Assembly (NCBI GenBank): GCA_964520865.1 | Contig: CAZFOY010000008.1 | Span: forward strand, 3,155-67,154 | Source of the DNA: an uncultured Ignavibacteriales bacterium | GTDB taxonomy: Bacteria > Zixibacteria > MSB-5A5 > GN15 > FEB-12 | DNA length: 64,000 bases | Direction: 5' to 3' | Part shown: one piece after another, positions 37,745 through 46,970 of the stretch | Numbering within the stretch: the stretch's first letter is position 1 | How the letters are laid out: each line of letters begins with the position of its first letter | Translations under genes and position numbers: made by a program | Notes under the pieces: model-generated | Database searches by the model: none | The model's input: only the letters and a program-made list of their open reading frames with translations | What the model was told of the DNA's origin: nothing

Positions 37745-39328
37745 TCATCCCTGACCGATAATGAACTTTGCAGCATCCTTCAAATTGTCTACCACCGTAA
37801 CATCGCTATGAAACCGCTCCCGGTCAAGCAGCTGTGACTGAGCCTTGCCGTAACCGGACGTGACCATAACAGAGTGACCGCCCATCACTTTACCCAAATT
37901 GACATCATCGAGCTTGTCCCCGACAACGTACGATCGACTCAGATCTATGTCGAGCTGATAGGCTGCCTCTTCGACCATGCCGGGGGCCGGCTTTCGGCAG
38001 TCACACACCATCCTGTACTCAGTTATACTCCCCTCCGGATGATGCGGGCAGTAGTAAATTGCGTCGATAAATACATGCTGTGCGGTCAGCATCTCAAGCA
38101 GCCGGGCGTTTACGCTCTCAACTGCGTCAATATCCAGCTTCCCTCTCGCTATCCCTGATTGATTCGAGACGAAGATGAGTTTGAAAGAAGCGTTCTGAAG
38201 CTCCTTCAGGGCTTCAATCGCGCCCGACTCGAATTCGATCTTGTCCGGGTCGCCGAGAAAATGTTTCTCGACGATCACGGTCCCGTCCCGGTCAAGAAAT
38301 ACGGCCCGGTTATGCCGAATACGGCGACCGAGCAGACCGTCCGCCAGGTAGGCGATTCGCGCCGGAGCGATCTTTGTAAAACAGTACTGCTCGTCGCGAT
38401 AGCACGGCTTGCTACCATGCAACGAGCAGGGTCGGCAAAACTCGTCGACCTGGGCTATCATATCGTTGATCCCCGCCGGTGCGAACCCCAGCACCGGATG
38501 AGTCGGACCGAAAACGGCAATAGTTGGCGTACCGACTGCCGACGAAAGATGAGCGATCCCCGAATCATTCGCGATCGTCAGGTCGGCCCTTTCAATAACC
38601 GGTGCAAGCGCTCGAATTGGAGAGTCCGTCAAGCGAACGAATGACCCCTCGTCGATAAGTATGCCCGGATCTCCCTTGTCCACATCTTCAGATGTGACTG
38701 CCCAAACGATGTTCGCCTTGTTCTTCTGATGAATTGCGACCGCCGCTTCCACGAACCGATCGACCGGGTACTGCTTGGTGGCGTGAGCAGCTCCCGGAGC
38801 AAAGACAACAATCGGATCGTCGTTTTTGAACAGTCCGGTGGATTTTTCTCGCTGTCCATCCGACCCTGTCTTCAAGTGCGGTCGACGGGAAACAGCTCGT
38901 GCTCCTGCGGCCTGGACCGCATGGTTGTATAGATCTATAGTGTGCGGCCAGACTTTCGGAAAAGCCTTGTGCTTCACGGCGAGGATGCGCTCGAACCGAC
39001 GTTTCGGATAGACCACCTTGCGATCGGCCGTCAGCAGCTTGCGAGCGGCCCAGGATCGGAAATTTCCCTGAAGATCGATAATATGACTGAAATTCCGGTT
39101 GTCGAGCTTGAGCAGGAAGGCGTAGTAGCGCACGCCGGAGATGCCGTCGGGAATCGTGATCAGATCGTCTACTCCCTCGATCATCCCGGCGGCTTCGCGG
39201 TATTTCTCCTTACATAGCAGACAGATCTCTGCAGAGGGAAAAGCCAGCCTTAGATTGGTGATGGCGGCCGATGTAAGGATGATATCGCCGAGAGAGCCGA
39301 GGCGAATGACAAGAATACGTTCGCTCAT
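37745..39328 (-). CDS. fusion of glycosyltransferase family 9 (heptosyltransferase-like) and D,D-heptose 1,7-bisphosphate phosphatase (GmhB-like HAD)
   Basis: N-terminus ILVIRLGSLGDIILT...ANDSGIAHLSSAVGTPT. C-terminus AVFLDRDGTV...SNQSGIARG...CDCRKPAPGM...VGDKLDD. Confidence 0.85.
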   Translation of the reverse strand: MSERILVIRLGSLGDIILTSAAITNLRLAFPSAEICLLCKEKYREAAGMIEGVDDLITIPDGISGVRYYAFLLKLDNRNFSHIIDLQGNFRSWAARKLLTADRKVVYPKRRFERILAVKHKAFPKVWPHTIDLYNHAVQAAGARAVSRRPHLKTGSDGQREKSTGLFKNDDPIVVFAPGAAHATKQYPVDRFVEAAVAIHQKNKANIVWAVTSEDVDKGDPGILIDEGSFVRLTDSPIRALAPVIERADLTIANDSGIAHLSSAVGTPTIAVFGPTHPVLGFAPAGINDMIAQVDEFCRPCSLHGSKPCYRDEQYCFTKIAPARIAYLADGLLGRRIRHNRAVFLDRDGTVIVEKHFLGDPDKIEFESGAIEALKELQNASFKLIFVSNQSGIARGKLDIDAVESVNARLLEMLTAQHVFIDAIYYCPHHPEGSITEYRMVCDCRKPAPGMVEEAAYQLDIDLSRSYVVGDKLDDVNLGKVMGGHSVMVTSGYGKAQSQLLDRERFHSDVTVVDNLKDAAKFIIGQG

Positions 39329-39420
39329 TTACTGAAAAAGATACAGACCGAGCGCCCCTGCCGCAAAACAATAATACCCAGAATACTCGAATTTCCCCTC
39401 TTAACTGAGGGTACAGTCTG

Positions 39421-40350
39421 TCAAATAACACCGCTGTATAGAAGCAGGGCTGTAACAGCGGCCAGGAGTATGCGATAATAGCCGAAAAGGGTCAGACCCC
39501 GGTTTCTCACGTAAGACAAAAGCCACTTGACCGACAGCCAGGCCGCGATAAACGAACAGATGATACCGGTCAGCGATGGGCCAATTCCATAAGCCGTGAC
39601 TACCGCTCCGCCCAAATGCATCATTTCATACGAAGTCGCTGCTCCAAGGGTAATGAGTCCCAGAAGGAAGCTGAACTCCACTGCGGTCGCAATGCTCAAA
39701 CCGGCAATCATACCGCCCATGATGGTAGCCAGACTCCGGCTGACACCCGGCCACATGGCCGTCACCTGAAAGAGACCTATAACCAGTGCGTGTTGCCATC
39801 TGATGCCTTCGGTCGATGTCACAGATTCTTGTCCCCGGTTGTTCGACTTGAAAAATATGGCAATTCCGCCGACCAGCCAACCGACCACGATCGGCCAGGG
39901 TCCGAACAGGTGAGCTTTGATCTGGTGTTCCAGGAGCGGTCCAACAACAGCCGCCGGGAGAAATCCCACCACCAGCATTATGGCCAGGCGCAGTCCCGTT
40001 GCGTCGCGACCGAGCAGCCCTCGGATCATTTCGAGAATGCGTTTACGATAGATGCCGAATACGGCGAAGATCGCACCGATCTGAATTATTATAGCGTAGG
40101 CGTCGGCAGCTTCCCTTGCTTCGCTCGTGCGACTCATACCCATAATTCGTTCGGTCAGCAGTAAATGACCGGTTGAACTTACAGGCAGGTATTCCGTAAC
40201 ACCTTCCACGATTCCCAGTACCACAGCGTTACTCCAATGAAGATTCTTCGATCCATCGACGGGAGCTGCCGACTGCGTCGAATCGGCGGCGAGGGCAGTT
40301 CCATATTGGAGAACGACACAAATAGCCAGACAGGTTAAGATTTTACTCAT
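39421..40350 (-). CDS. uppP: undecaprenyl-diphosphate phosphatase
   Basis: LGIVEGVTEYLPVSSTGHL and PGVSRS motifs. An unusual ~45-aa N-terminal extension resembles a signal peptide. Confidence 0.9.
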   Translation of the reverse strand: MSKILTCLAICVVLQYGTALAADSTQSAAPVDGSKNLHWSNAVVLGIVEGVTEYLPVSSTGHLLLTERIMGMSRTSEAREAADAYAIIIQIGAIFAVFGIYRKRILEMIRGLLGRDATGLRLAIMLVVGFLPAAVVGPLLEHQIKAHLFGPWPIVVGWLVGGIAIFFKSNNRGQESVTSTEGIRWQHALVIGLFQVTAMWPGVSRSLATIMGGMIAGLSIATAVEFSFLLGLITLGAATSYEMMHLGGAVVTAYGIGPSLTGIICSFIAAWLSVKWLLSYVRNRGLTLFGYYRILLAAVTALLLYSGVI

Positions 40351-40586
40351 AGCATGGTTCCACAGCAGTTTCGTCAGCGATCGACGAGAGTTTCCCTTAC
40401 TTCCATTGACTTCACCGTAGAAGCACGGGTGTCAGCTCGCCCTTACAACATTCAAAATGGCGGCAGTCACGGCACTATCAAAAAGGACCAAAGCCGAGTT
40501 ATGCACGGAATAACCGGTACGCTTGCGAAAAAGAGTACCGGTCCTTATGTCCGAAATAGGCGGTGGTCATTATTATCACAGAAGAA

Positions 40587-41219
40587 TTACATCGTTCTGA
40601 AATCTATGCCGAAGAAGATCCCATCGTTTCCGTCGAGCTGGAATTCGCCGTATAGATTGATATCCTGATTCACCTGCCACTGCACACCGCCGTTAAGTCC
40701 GAACTGAAGATCAGTCTTGCTGTCTATGAGCGGTGAATCGAAGCTCTTCCTCTCGAGTCGCATATTGAAACGTCCGTAAGGAACAAGGGTGGTGCCGTTC
40801 GTCATCTTGAACGGGTAAGAACCGAGGTACTGGCCACCAAGGGTAAAATCCGAAAAACCGCTCTGGTTGTAATACTCGGTGAACGCTCCGGCCGCCATAT
40901 CGAACGGACCATTTGAGTTGGCATCGACAAACTGATACTTGAAATCCGCTCCGAGAAAGAGCGAGGCATTGACGTTACTGTTGTCGATAACCCCAAGCTT
41001 GAGCCGACCGTCGGTGTGCGCTGAGAGCCCGTACGTAAACGAACCGAATGCCGAAGTTGCATCGGCGATACCGACTCCGCCGCCGAAGTAACCGCGCCCC
41101 ATTCCAATTGTCTGGGCCGTGCTGAGGGAGCCGAACCCTGAGCCGAGAGCATCGCTGGCATAGGTTGCAGTTCCGGCAAGCATCAGAATCGAAAGACTCG
41201 CGAGCAGTAGCTTCTTCAT
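40587..41219 (-). CDS. outer-membrane beta-barrel protein
   Basis: Signal peptide MKKLLLASLSILMLAGTATYA, with a Gly/aromatic alternating pattern throughout. Confidence 0.7.
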   Translation of the reverse strand: MKKLLLASLSILMLAGTATYASDALGSGFGSLSTAQTIGMGRGYFGGGVGIADATSAFGSFTYGLSAHTDGRLKLGVIDNSNVNASLFLGADFKYQFVDANSNGPFDMAAGAFTEYYNQSGFSDFTLGGQYLGSYPFKMTNGTTLVPYGRFNMRLERKSFDSPLIDSKTDLQFGLNGGVQWQVNQDINLYGEFQLDGNDGIFFGIDFRTM

Positions 41220-41511
41220 GACCTATTCCTCTCCTTGTTGGTCTTACTCCAATATCAGAGCAATCTTAATGTCCACGCTAAGAGTGTCAACTACAAACGA
41301 ATGCGGAAAACCACCCTTTTTGAACGTGACAACCGGGCTGAGGTTCCATTTTAATTATTAGTTGACAATCACTTGTCCTGGGAATTTTCTTAAAACGATT
41401 ACAGCGTAGCCGAAAGTCGGCCATATTGTTTCTAATCGAGAACAGGATCCGACAGAACTTCGGGATTCACGCTGCCTCATAAGCAGAACACGATAATTTT
41501 GCAGGAGTAGA

Positions 41512-43083
41512 TTGATGGCGAAAGTCAGGGAAAGATGGGGTTCGAAGATCGGTATCATCCTTGCCGTAGCCGGATCTGCGGTCGGCCTGGGGAATTTCCT
41601 CAGGTTCCCGTCGCAAGCGGCCCAAAACGGCGGCGGAGCGTTCATGATACCCTATTTCGTAGCTCTACTATTAATCGGCATTCCTCTCATGTGGGTCGAG
41701 TGGACCGCCGGACGATTCGGCGGCTCGTTCGGCCACTCATCGGCGCCGGGGATTTTTCAGTCCCTGTGGCGCAAGAATCGTGCGATCAAGTATCTCGGCG
41801 TGTTGGGTATAGTCGGGCCATTCATAATCTACATGTACTATGTCTATATCGAGTCGTGGTGCCTCGCCTACGCCTACTACTCCCTCGTCGGACACCTCAG
41901 CCTCGGGACCTCGCAAGGGTATATCCATTTCCTGCAATGGTATCAGGGCGTTTCTTCGTCCGGCACCTTTTCCGGTTCGGCCCCCGGTGCGATCTTCTTC
42001 CTTATCACATTTGTGCTGAATGTATCAGTAACCTATTTCGGCATCCGGGGGGGTATAGAAAAGCTGTGCAATATCGCACTCCCCACTCTGTTTTTCTTCG
42101 CGATCGTCCTGGCAATTCGCGTGCTCACGCTGGACGCGCCTCCGGGCGCTCCGGTCAACCAACACGCCATCAATGGACTCGGCTATTTATGGAATCCCGA
42201 TTTTTCTGCGCTTAAGTCGCCCGATGTCTGGCTGGCGGCGGCCGGACAAATATTCTTTACTCTCTCAGTCGGGATGGGGGTGATCCTGACGTACTCAAGT
42301 TATTTGAAGAAATCCGATGACGTCGCTCTCTCCGGCCTTACCGCCGCGGCGACCAATGAGTTTGCTGAAGTCATCCTCGGGGGTTCGATTGTTATACCGG
42401 CCGCGTTCGTGTTCTTCGGCGCGATGAATATTCAGGCGGTGGCCAATTCAGGATCGTTCAATATCGGCTTCATCACCATGCCGCAGATTTTCGCGGGCCT
42501 TCCCGGCGGAGGGATCTACGGTTTCCTCTGGTTCTTCATGCTCTTCCTCGCCGGCATTACTTCATCGGTTTCGCTGGCCCAGCCGACAGTCGGATTTCTC
42601 GAAGATGAATTCAGCTGGTCGAGGCAGAAAGCGGTGAAAGTATTCGGCGTGGCGGCATTCATACTCTGTCAGCCGGCCGTCTGGTTCCTCCACAGAGGAG
42701 TACTCGACGAACTCGACTTCTGGGGCGGCACAGTGCTGATCGTGTTGGGAGCGACGCTTGAGGTGATCCTCGTAGCCTGGGTATTCGGGATCGACCGGGC
42801 CTGGGAAGAACTGCACCGGGGACACCAGTTGAGAGTCCCGAAGATCTTCAAGTTCATCATCAAGTATATCTCCCCAACTCTGCTGATCTTTATGCTCGGC
42901 TGGTGGTTGATTGACCAGTGGTGGCCCGTAATCACCATGAAGGGTGTTCCGGATGAGAACAAACCGTACGTTCTGGGCATCCGTCTCGTTCTCCTCGGAG
43001 CGATCCTGCTGTTGATGTTCCTTGTCTACAAAGCATGGAAGGGACGACCGGAAGAAACCGACAGCCAGGGAGACGAATCATGA
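41512..43083 (+). CDS. sodium-dependent transporter, neurotransmitter:sodium symporter (NSS/SNF) family
   Basis: WGSKIGIILAVAGSAVGLGNFLRFP signature; 523 aa, about 12 TM. Confidence 0.93.
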   Translation: MMAKVRERWGSKIGIILAVAGSAVGLGNFLRFPSQAAQNGGGAFMIPYFVALLLIGIPLMWVEWTAGRFGGSFGHSSAPGIFQSLWRKNRAIKYLGVLGIVGPFIIYMYYVYIESWCLAYAYYSLVGHLSLGTSQGYIHFLQWYQGVSSSGTFSGSAPGAIFFLITFVLNVSVTYFGIRGGIEKLCNIALPTLFFFAIVLAIRVLTLDAPPGAPVNQHAINGLGYLWNPDFSALKSPDVWLAAAGQIFFTLSVGMGVILTYSSYLKKSDDVALSGLTAAATNEFAEVILGGSIVIPAAFVFFGAMNIQAVANSGSFNIGFITMPQIFAGLPGGGIYGFLWFFMLFLAGITSSVSLAQPTVGFLEDEFSWSRQKAVKVFGVAAFILCQPAVWFLHRGVLDELDFWGGTVLIVLGATLEVILVAWVFGIDRAWEELHRGHQLRVPKIFKFIIKYISPTLLIFMLGWWLIDQWWPVITMKGVPDENKPYVLGIRLVLLGAILLLMFLVYKAWKGRPEETDSQGDES

Positions 43084-43205
43084 CAACAGGTGGTTGGATC
43101 TTCATGCTGCTTTCCTGGACTGTGATCATAAGCGTGCTGATTTTCTGTTACCGACGCAGCTTCGGCGGCGATAGCAACGCACAGGATTCGCAGGACAAGC
43201 AGTAA
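43080..43205 (+). CDS. NSS transporter small subunit (MetS-like), 41 aa; absent from the supplied ORF track
   Basis: The ATG overlaps the transporter stop (ATGA). Translation is MTTGGWIFMLLSWTVIISVLIFCYRRSFGGDSNAQDSQDKQ: one TM plus a basic, polar tail. Confidence 0.6.
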   Translation: MTTGGWIFMLLSWTVIISVLIFCYRRSFGGDSNAQDSQDKQ

Positions 43206-43229
43206 GTCACAGAATCTGGCCCCGGCGAC

Positions 43230-43260
43230 GCCGAGCACTTCGATATTCTCGGCGTTTTCT
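43230..43260 (+). terminator. intrinsic terminator after the NSS pair
   Basis: GCCGAG-(12 nt)-CTCGGC followed by gttttctgatttt. Confidence 0.6.
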
Positions 43261-43272
43261 GATTTTGAGCTG

Positions 43273-44388
43273 TCAGTCTTCTTCGCTTAGATACGTCAGT
43301 GCCATCTGCCGGAGCTTGTCCGAATCGAATCCCTTGAGATCGATCGTTTCAAGAAACCTTAGAAACTCGCTGTCGAGTCTGCCGATCGCAGAGCGTCCGA
43401 ATCCGGTCGATTCCTGGCCGTTCTTCTGTTTCTCGAACGAGATATCCAGAGCGAACGACTTCTGTTTGAGGTCAGCAATTACATCTGCCGGGATGGTCTT
43501 CAACGTCTCTTCAGTCACACCACTTACCTTGACCCGAACAATCTTATCGGAGCTGTCCACTTCGGACAGCTTATCTTTGAGCAGTGCCGCCAGTTCATCG
43601 CCGCGTTGTCCCCGGGCATCGATGGGCGTCAGGTCGACCATCTGTCGGCACTGAACCTCGTGGAAGTTGACACTGAACGGTTGCAGGATCACCTCTACAA
43701 ACCCCTTGGGTGACTCCCGCTCCGATTGTGAGAGCCGTTCGGTCGACCCGGCATAGAAGGATCGTTCGGCTACCTTACAGTAGTTGTGAAAGTGTCCTAA
43801 GGCGGTGTAGTCAAAACTCTCCATAATGTCAATCGGCAATTCCTGCTCTCCGAGATCGGCCATCGAGAACTCAGGCATTCCGGCCGCGACGCCGTGCATG
43901 ATAAGAACGTTGTGTCGTTTGGAGCTGTCCGGAAGGCACTTGGTCAATTCATCTTTCTGGATCTGTGTAGTAAGACAATGGGGAAGCGCAAAGAACCTCG
44001 TGTCGGCAATGTCGAATGTCTGAAGCCGGGTGCCTGATGATATGAAGAGATTGTCGATATGCTTGTAGACTTCAAGAGCGGCCCCGATATGCGGCTGTTT
44101 GGGGGCGTCGTGATTGCCGCTTATGATTACAGTCGGAATCCCGGCCTCCGAAGCAAGGCGATGGAGCTGTTCGCCGGCGATAGCCATGATCCGGTTCAGA
44201 GGGCGGACGACATGGAAGAGATCACCCGAGTGAATACATACGTCCGGCTTCAGCCTGATGATCTCGTCAACCGCTGCTACGAAGCTGTTGATGATATCTT
44301 CCTGCCGCAGGGTCAGGCCGCTGGCGCCTCGCCGGGCGTGTCCTTCACCGGCCCCAAGATGGCTGTCAGAAACATGACATATTCGCAT
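43273..44388 (-). CDS. SbcD/Mre11-family metallophosphoesterase (nuclease)
   Basis: MRICHVSDSHLG, HSGDLFH, GNHD and GHFH motifs; 371 aa. No SbcC/Rad50 partner adjacent. Confidence 0.85.
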   Translation of the reverse strand: MRICHVSDSHLGAGEGHARRGASGLTLRQEDIINSFVAAVDEIIRLKPDVCIHSGDLFHVVRPLNRIMAIAGEQLHRLASEAGIPTVIISGNHDAPKQPHIGAALEVYKHIDNLFISSGTRLQTFDIADTRFFALPHCLTTQIQKDELTKCLPDSSKRHNVLIMHGVAAGMPEFSMADLGEQELPIDIMESFDYTALGHFHNYCKVAERSFYAGSTERLSQSERESPKGFVEVILQPFSVNFHEVQCRQMVDLTPIDARGQRGDELAALLKDKLSEVDSSDKIVRVKVSGVTEETLKTIPADVIADLKQKSFALDISFEKQKNGQESTGFGRSAIGRLDSEFLRFLETIDLKGFDSDKLRQMALTYLSEED

Positions 44389-44454
44389 ACAGGAGAATAT
44401 AAAGCACCGACAGATGTAATGGAATCACAAAACAATATTGAGAGGAAGCAGAGA

Positions 44455-45885
44455 CTAATAGATGTCGTAGCGGGCGACACGGTCTCGAAGCGTATTGCGG
44501 CTGATGCCGAGTGCCTCAGAAGTTTTGACCTGGTTGCCTTCAAAATGCTTCAGGCAGGAAGAAATGATGGCCCGCTCGAAAGCCGACTCCATGAACTGAA
44601 ATATCCGTCCGTGGGAGCTGGCGATCAGTTTCGGCATCACCGGATCGACGATCTTCTTGAACGTCTCGGTATAGTCTTCCTGGAGTACGTCGAGATCGAC
44701 GTCGAGCTTGCCGGAGGTTTCCGTGAAGACCGGGAAGTCTTCGGGCTGAAGGGTCTCCCCTTTGGACATGACCATGGCCGTATGAATGTTGTTCTCAAGC
44801 TCACGAACGTTGCCCGGCCAGTTGTATTTCAGCAGCATCTGCAGGGCGTTCTTGGACACCTTCCGAACCGGCTGCTGCAACTGGTTCGCGAACTTCTTGG
44901 CGAAGAAGTCGATTAACAGGGCGATGTCTCCGCGACGTTCGCGGAGCGGGGGTATGAAGATCGAAACGACTTTCAGACGATAGAACAGATCGACCCGGAA
45001 TGATCCGTCTTTCATTCCCTGGACCAAAGACTTGTTGGTTGCGGCAATAATACGGACGTCGACATCGATCGATTCGTTTCCGCCGACTCGCTCGAACTGT
45101 TTCTCCTGAAGGACTCTCAGCAGTTTCGATTGCGTGAGCATCGACATATCACCGATCTCGTCGAGGAAGAGCGTACCTTTGTCGGCCTGCTCGAACTTAC
45201 CGATCCGTTTGAAATAGGCTCCGGTAAATGCACCCTTCTCATGACCGAACAGCTCCGACTCAAGGAGTGTCTCGGGAAGAGCCGCGCAGTTGACCGAGAG
45301 GAAGGCGTTGCTTCGCCGATTCGAGTTACGGTGGATCGCCCGGGCAACCAGCTCCTTACCGGTGCCGCTCTCGCCGAAAATCAGCACTGCAGCGTCGGTC
45401 TTTGCCACCTGGCCGATCAGCTTGGCGATTTCTACGATCTCGGGCGACTGGCCGATTATTTCCCCGACCTCTTTGGTCGCGGCGGGAGCCTCGATCGTCT
45501 CGCCCGGAGCTTTCGGCTTGTGGTGGAATCCGCAGGCCTTGTTGACCGAGTCGATGAGCTTCTGAATCTCGAACGGTTTCGTGAGATACTCGTAAGCGCC
45601 CTCGCGCATCGCCTCGATTGCATTGTCCGTGGAAACGAATCCGGATATGACGATTACCGGCATCTCCGTATCAATCTGCTTGATCTGTTTGAGAACGTCG
45701 AGACCCGAGAGCGACGGCAGGTTGACGTCGAGCATTACCAGATCGACATCGTTGTGTTCCTTCACGTACCTGCCAACTTCGAGTCCGTCCTCGAGAAATG
45801 CAAAATTGTATTTGTCCGGGTCAAACAGGTTGGCCAGGGACTGAGACAGGTCTTGATCGTCGTCTACAAGCAGTATATTCTTCAT
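44455..45885 (-). CDS. sigma-54-dependent response regulator (REC + AAA+ + Fis-type HTH; NtrC family)
   Basis: REC domain with DLVMLDVNLP. AAA+ domain with GESGTGKELVARAIH and GAFTGA. C-terminal HTH. Confidence 0.95.
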   Translation of the reverse strand: MKNILLVDDDQDLSQSLANLFDPDKYNFAFLEDGLEVGRYVKEHNDVDLVMLDVNLPSLSGLDVLKQIKQIDTEMPVIVISGFVSTDNAIEAMREGAYEYLTKPFEIQKLIDSVNKACGFHHKPKAPGETIEAPAATKEVGEIIGQSPEIVEIAKLIGQVAKTDAAVLIFGESGTGKELVARAIHRNSNRRSNAFLSVNCAALPETLLESELFGHEKGAFTGAYFKRIGKFEQADKGTLFLDEIGDMSMLTQSKLLRVLQEKQFERVGGNESIDVDVRIIAATNKSLVQGMKDGSFRVDLFYRLKVVSIFIPPLRERRGDIALLIDFFAKKFANQLQQPVRKVSKNALQMLLKYNWPGNVRELENNIHTAMVMSKGETLQPEDFPVFTETSGKLDVDLDVLQEDYTETFKKIVDPVMPKLIASSHGRIFQFMESAFERAIISSCLKHFEGNQVKTSEALGISRNTLRDRVARYDIY

Positions 45886-46115
45886 AACCCTTTTTCTACG
45901 CTTTGCAGTACACTCGTATTATCGGCGGCAGTTGAATTTTATGAACAGACCGAGGTCAAAATTTGCACGGTTTTCTTCAGAAAAACGGAAGATTATTCCG
46001 CGTCAGTCGGCGGTTTTCAAACTATTGGACGGAACGGTGCAAACAACGGAACCTCGGCGATGCAAACCGATGCTCATTCGCCGAAAGGTGTTTCAAAATG
46101 AGATGGAAAATTGAA

Positions 46116-46958
46116 TCAGTCTTCTTCGATAAGAAACCGGGTGGCCGTCCCCATCCAGAGAAAATTCACGGCCATATCAACGACAAGGCCGATCAATAGA
46201 AGCCAGTAAATCAACTCCGGACGGAACTTATTCACTATAGTGTCCTCTTGATTAATGAGCAGGTTCAACAGCAGAGGAACCACCATTATGGTCAGGGACA
46301 GAAAGAAAGCCGTGAACGGATGTTTGAGAAATATCTTGAGAGATTCCAGCAATCCGCGGGCAAAGCTCACCTGGTGCACCACGATATAAGGGATAGCGAA
46401 GAAGAAGAACGATACCGTCAGGACGTATAGAAACGGCTGAACCATGTTCGTGAAAACGTAAATACGCCTCGGTGAACCGACCAGTACGGTATGAAGCATT
46501 CCCGGCAACTTGACGTTGATGAACAGGATAATTCCGTTAATCACCAGCCAGGCCAGAACCAGCTGAAACCAGAGATAGACTACGCCGCCAAACGTCTTCT
46601 CTTCTCTTTCGGTGACCTTGACAAATCCGTAGTAGAACATCATGGCCACGGCTCCGAGCACCGCACCTTCGACCAGGATCCCGGCATAGAATTTGGCCCA
46701 ACCGAAGAAATACGGCAGGGTCAGGAAATGTCCGGGGTAATGGGTGAATCCGGTGGCGTAACGGCCATTCACTATATGTATCCAGGGATTGATCAGTCCG
46801 TAGAAGATCGGCGAGAAGAAATCGTAATGGGCGTACAGAATCAGCCAGTCAAAGAGGAAGTAAAGGAACAGCAGTCCCCATATTCTCCCCCGGCCGATTT
46901 GCTTTATGGTATCAACATAAAGGGCGATGAACCTGTTGAGACCCTGGAACGCTGCCAT
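46116..46958 (-). CDS. polytopic membrane protein, unknown function
   Basis: 280 aa, about 6 hydrophobic segments. 12-nt gap to the upstream FN3 lipoprotein gene. Confidence 0.6.
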   Translation of the reverse strand: MAAFQGLNRFIALYVDTIKQIGRGRIWGLLFLYFLFDWLILYAHYDFFSPIFYGLINPWIHIVNGRYATGFTHYPGHFLTLPYFFGWAKFYAGILVEGAVLGAVAMMFYYGFVKVTEREEKTFGGVVYLWFQLVLAWLVINGIILFINVKLPGMLHTVLVGSPRRIYVFTNMVQPFLYVLTVSFFFFAIPYIVVHQVSFARGLLESLKIFLKHPFTAFFLSLTIMVVPLLLNLLINQEDTIVNKFRPELIYWLLLIGLVVDMAVNFLWMGTATRFLIEED

Positions 46959-46970
46959 CGAGATCCTCCC

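Noticed and set aside
41368-41511. The ~140-nt leader of the NSS transporter, considered as a possible amino-acid riboswitch.
   Set aside because: I could not match glycine, SAM, lysine or T-box core sequences. Only two short generic hairpins are present.
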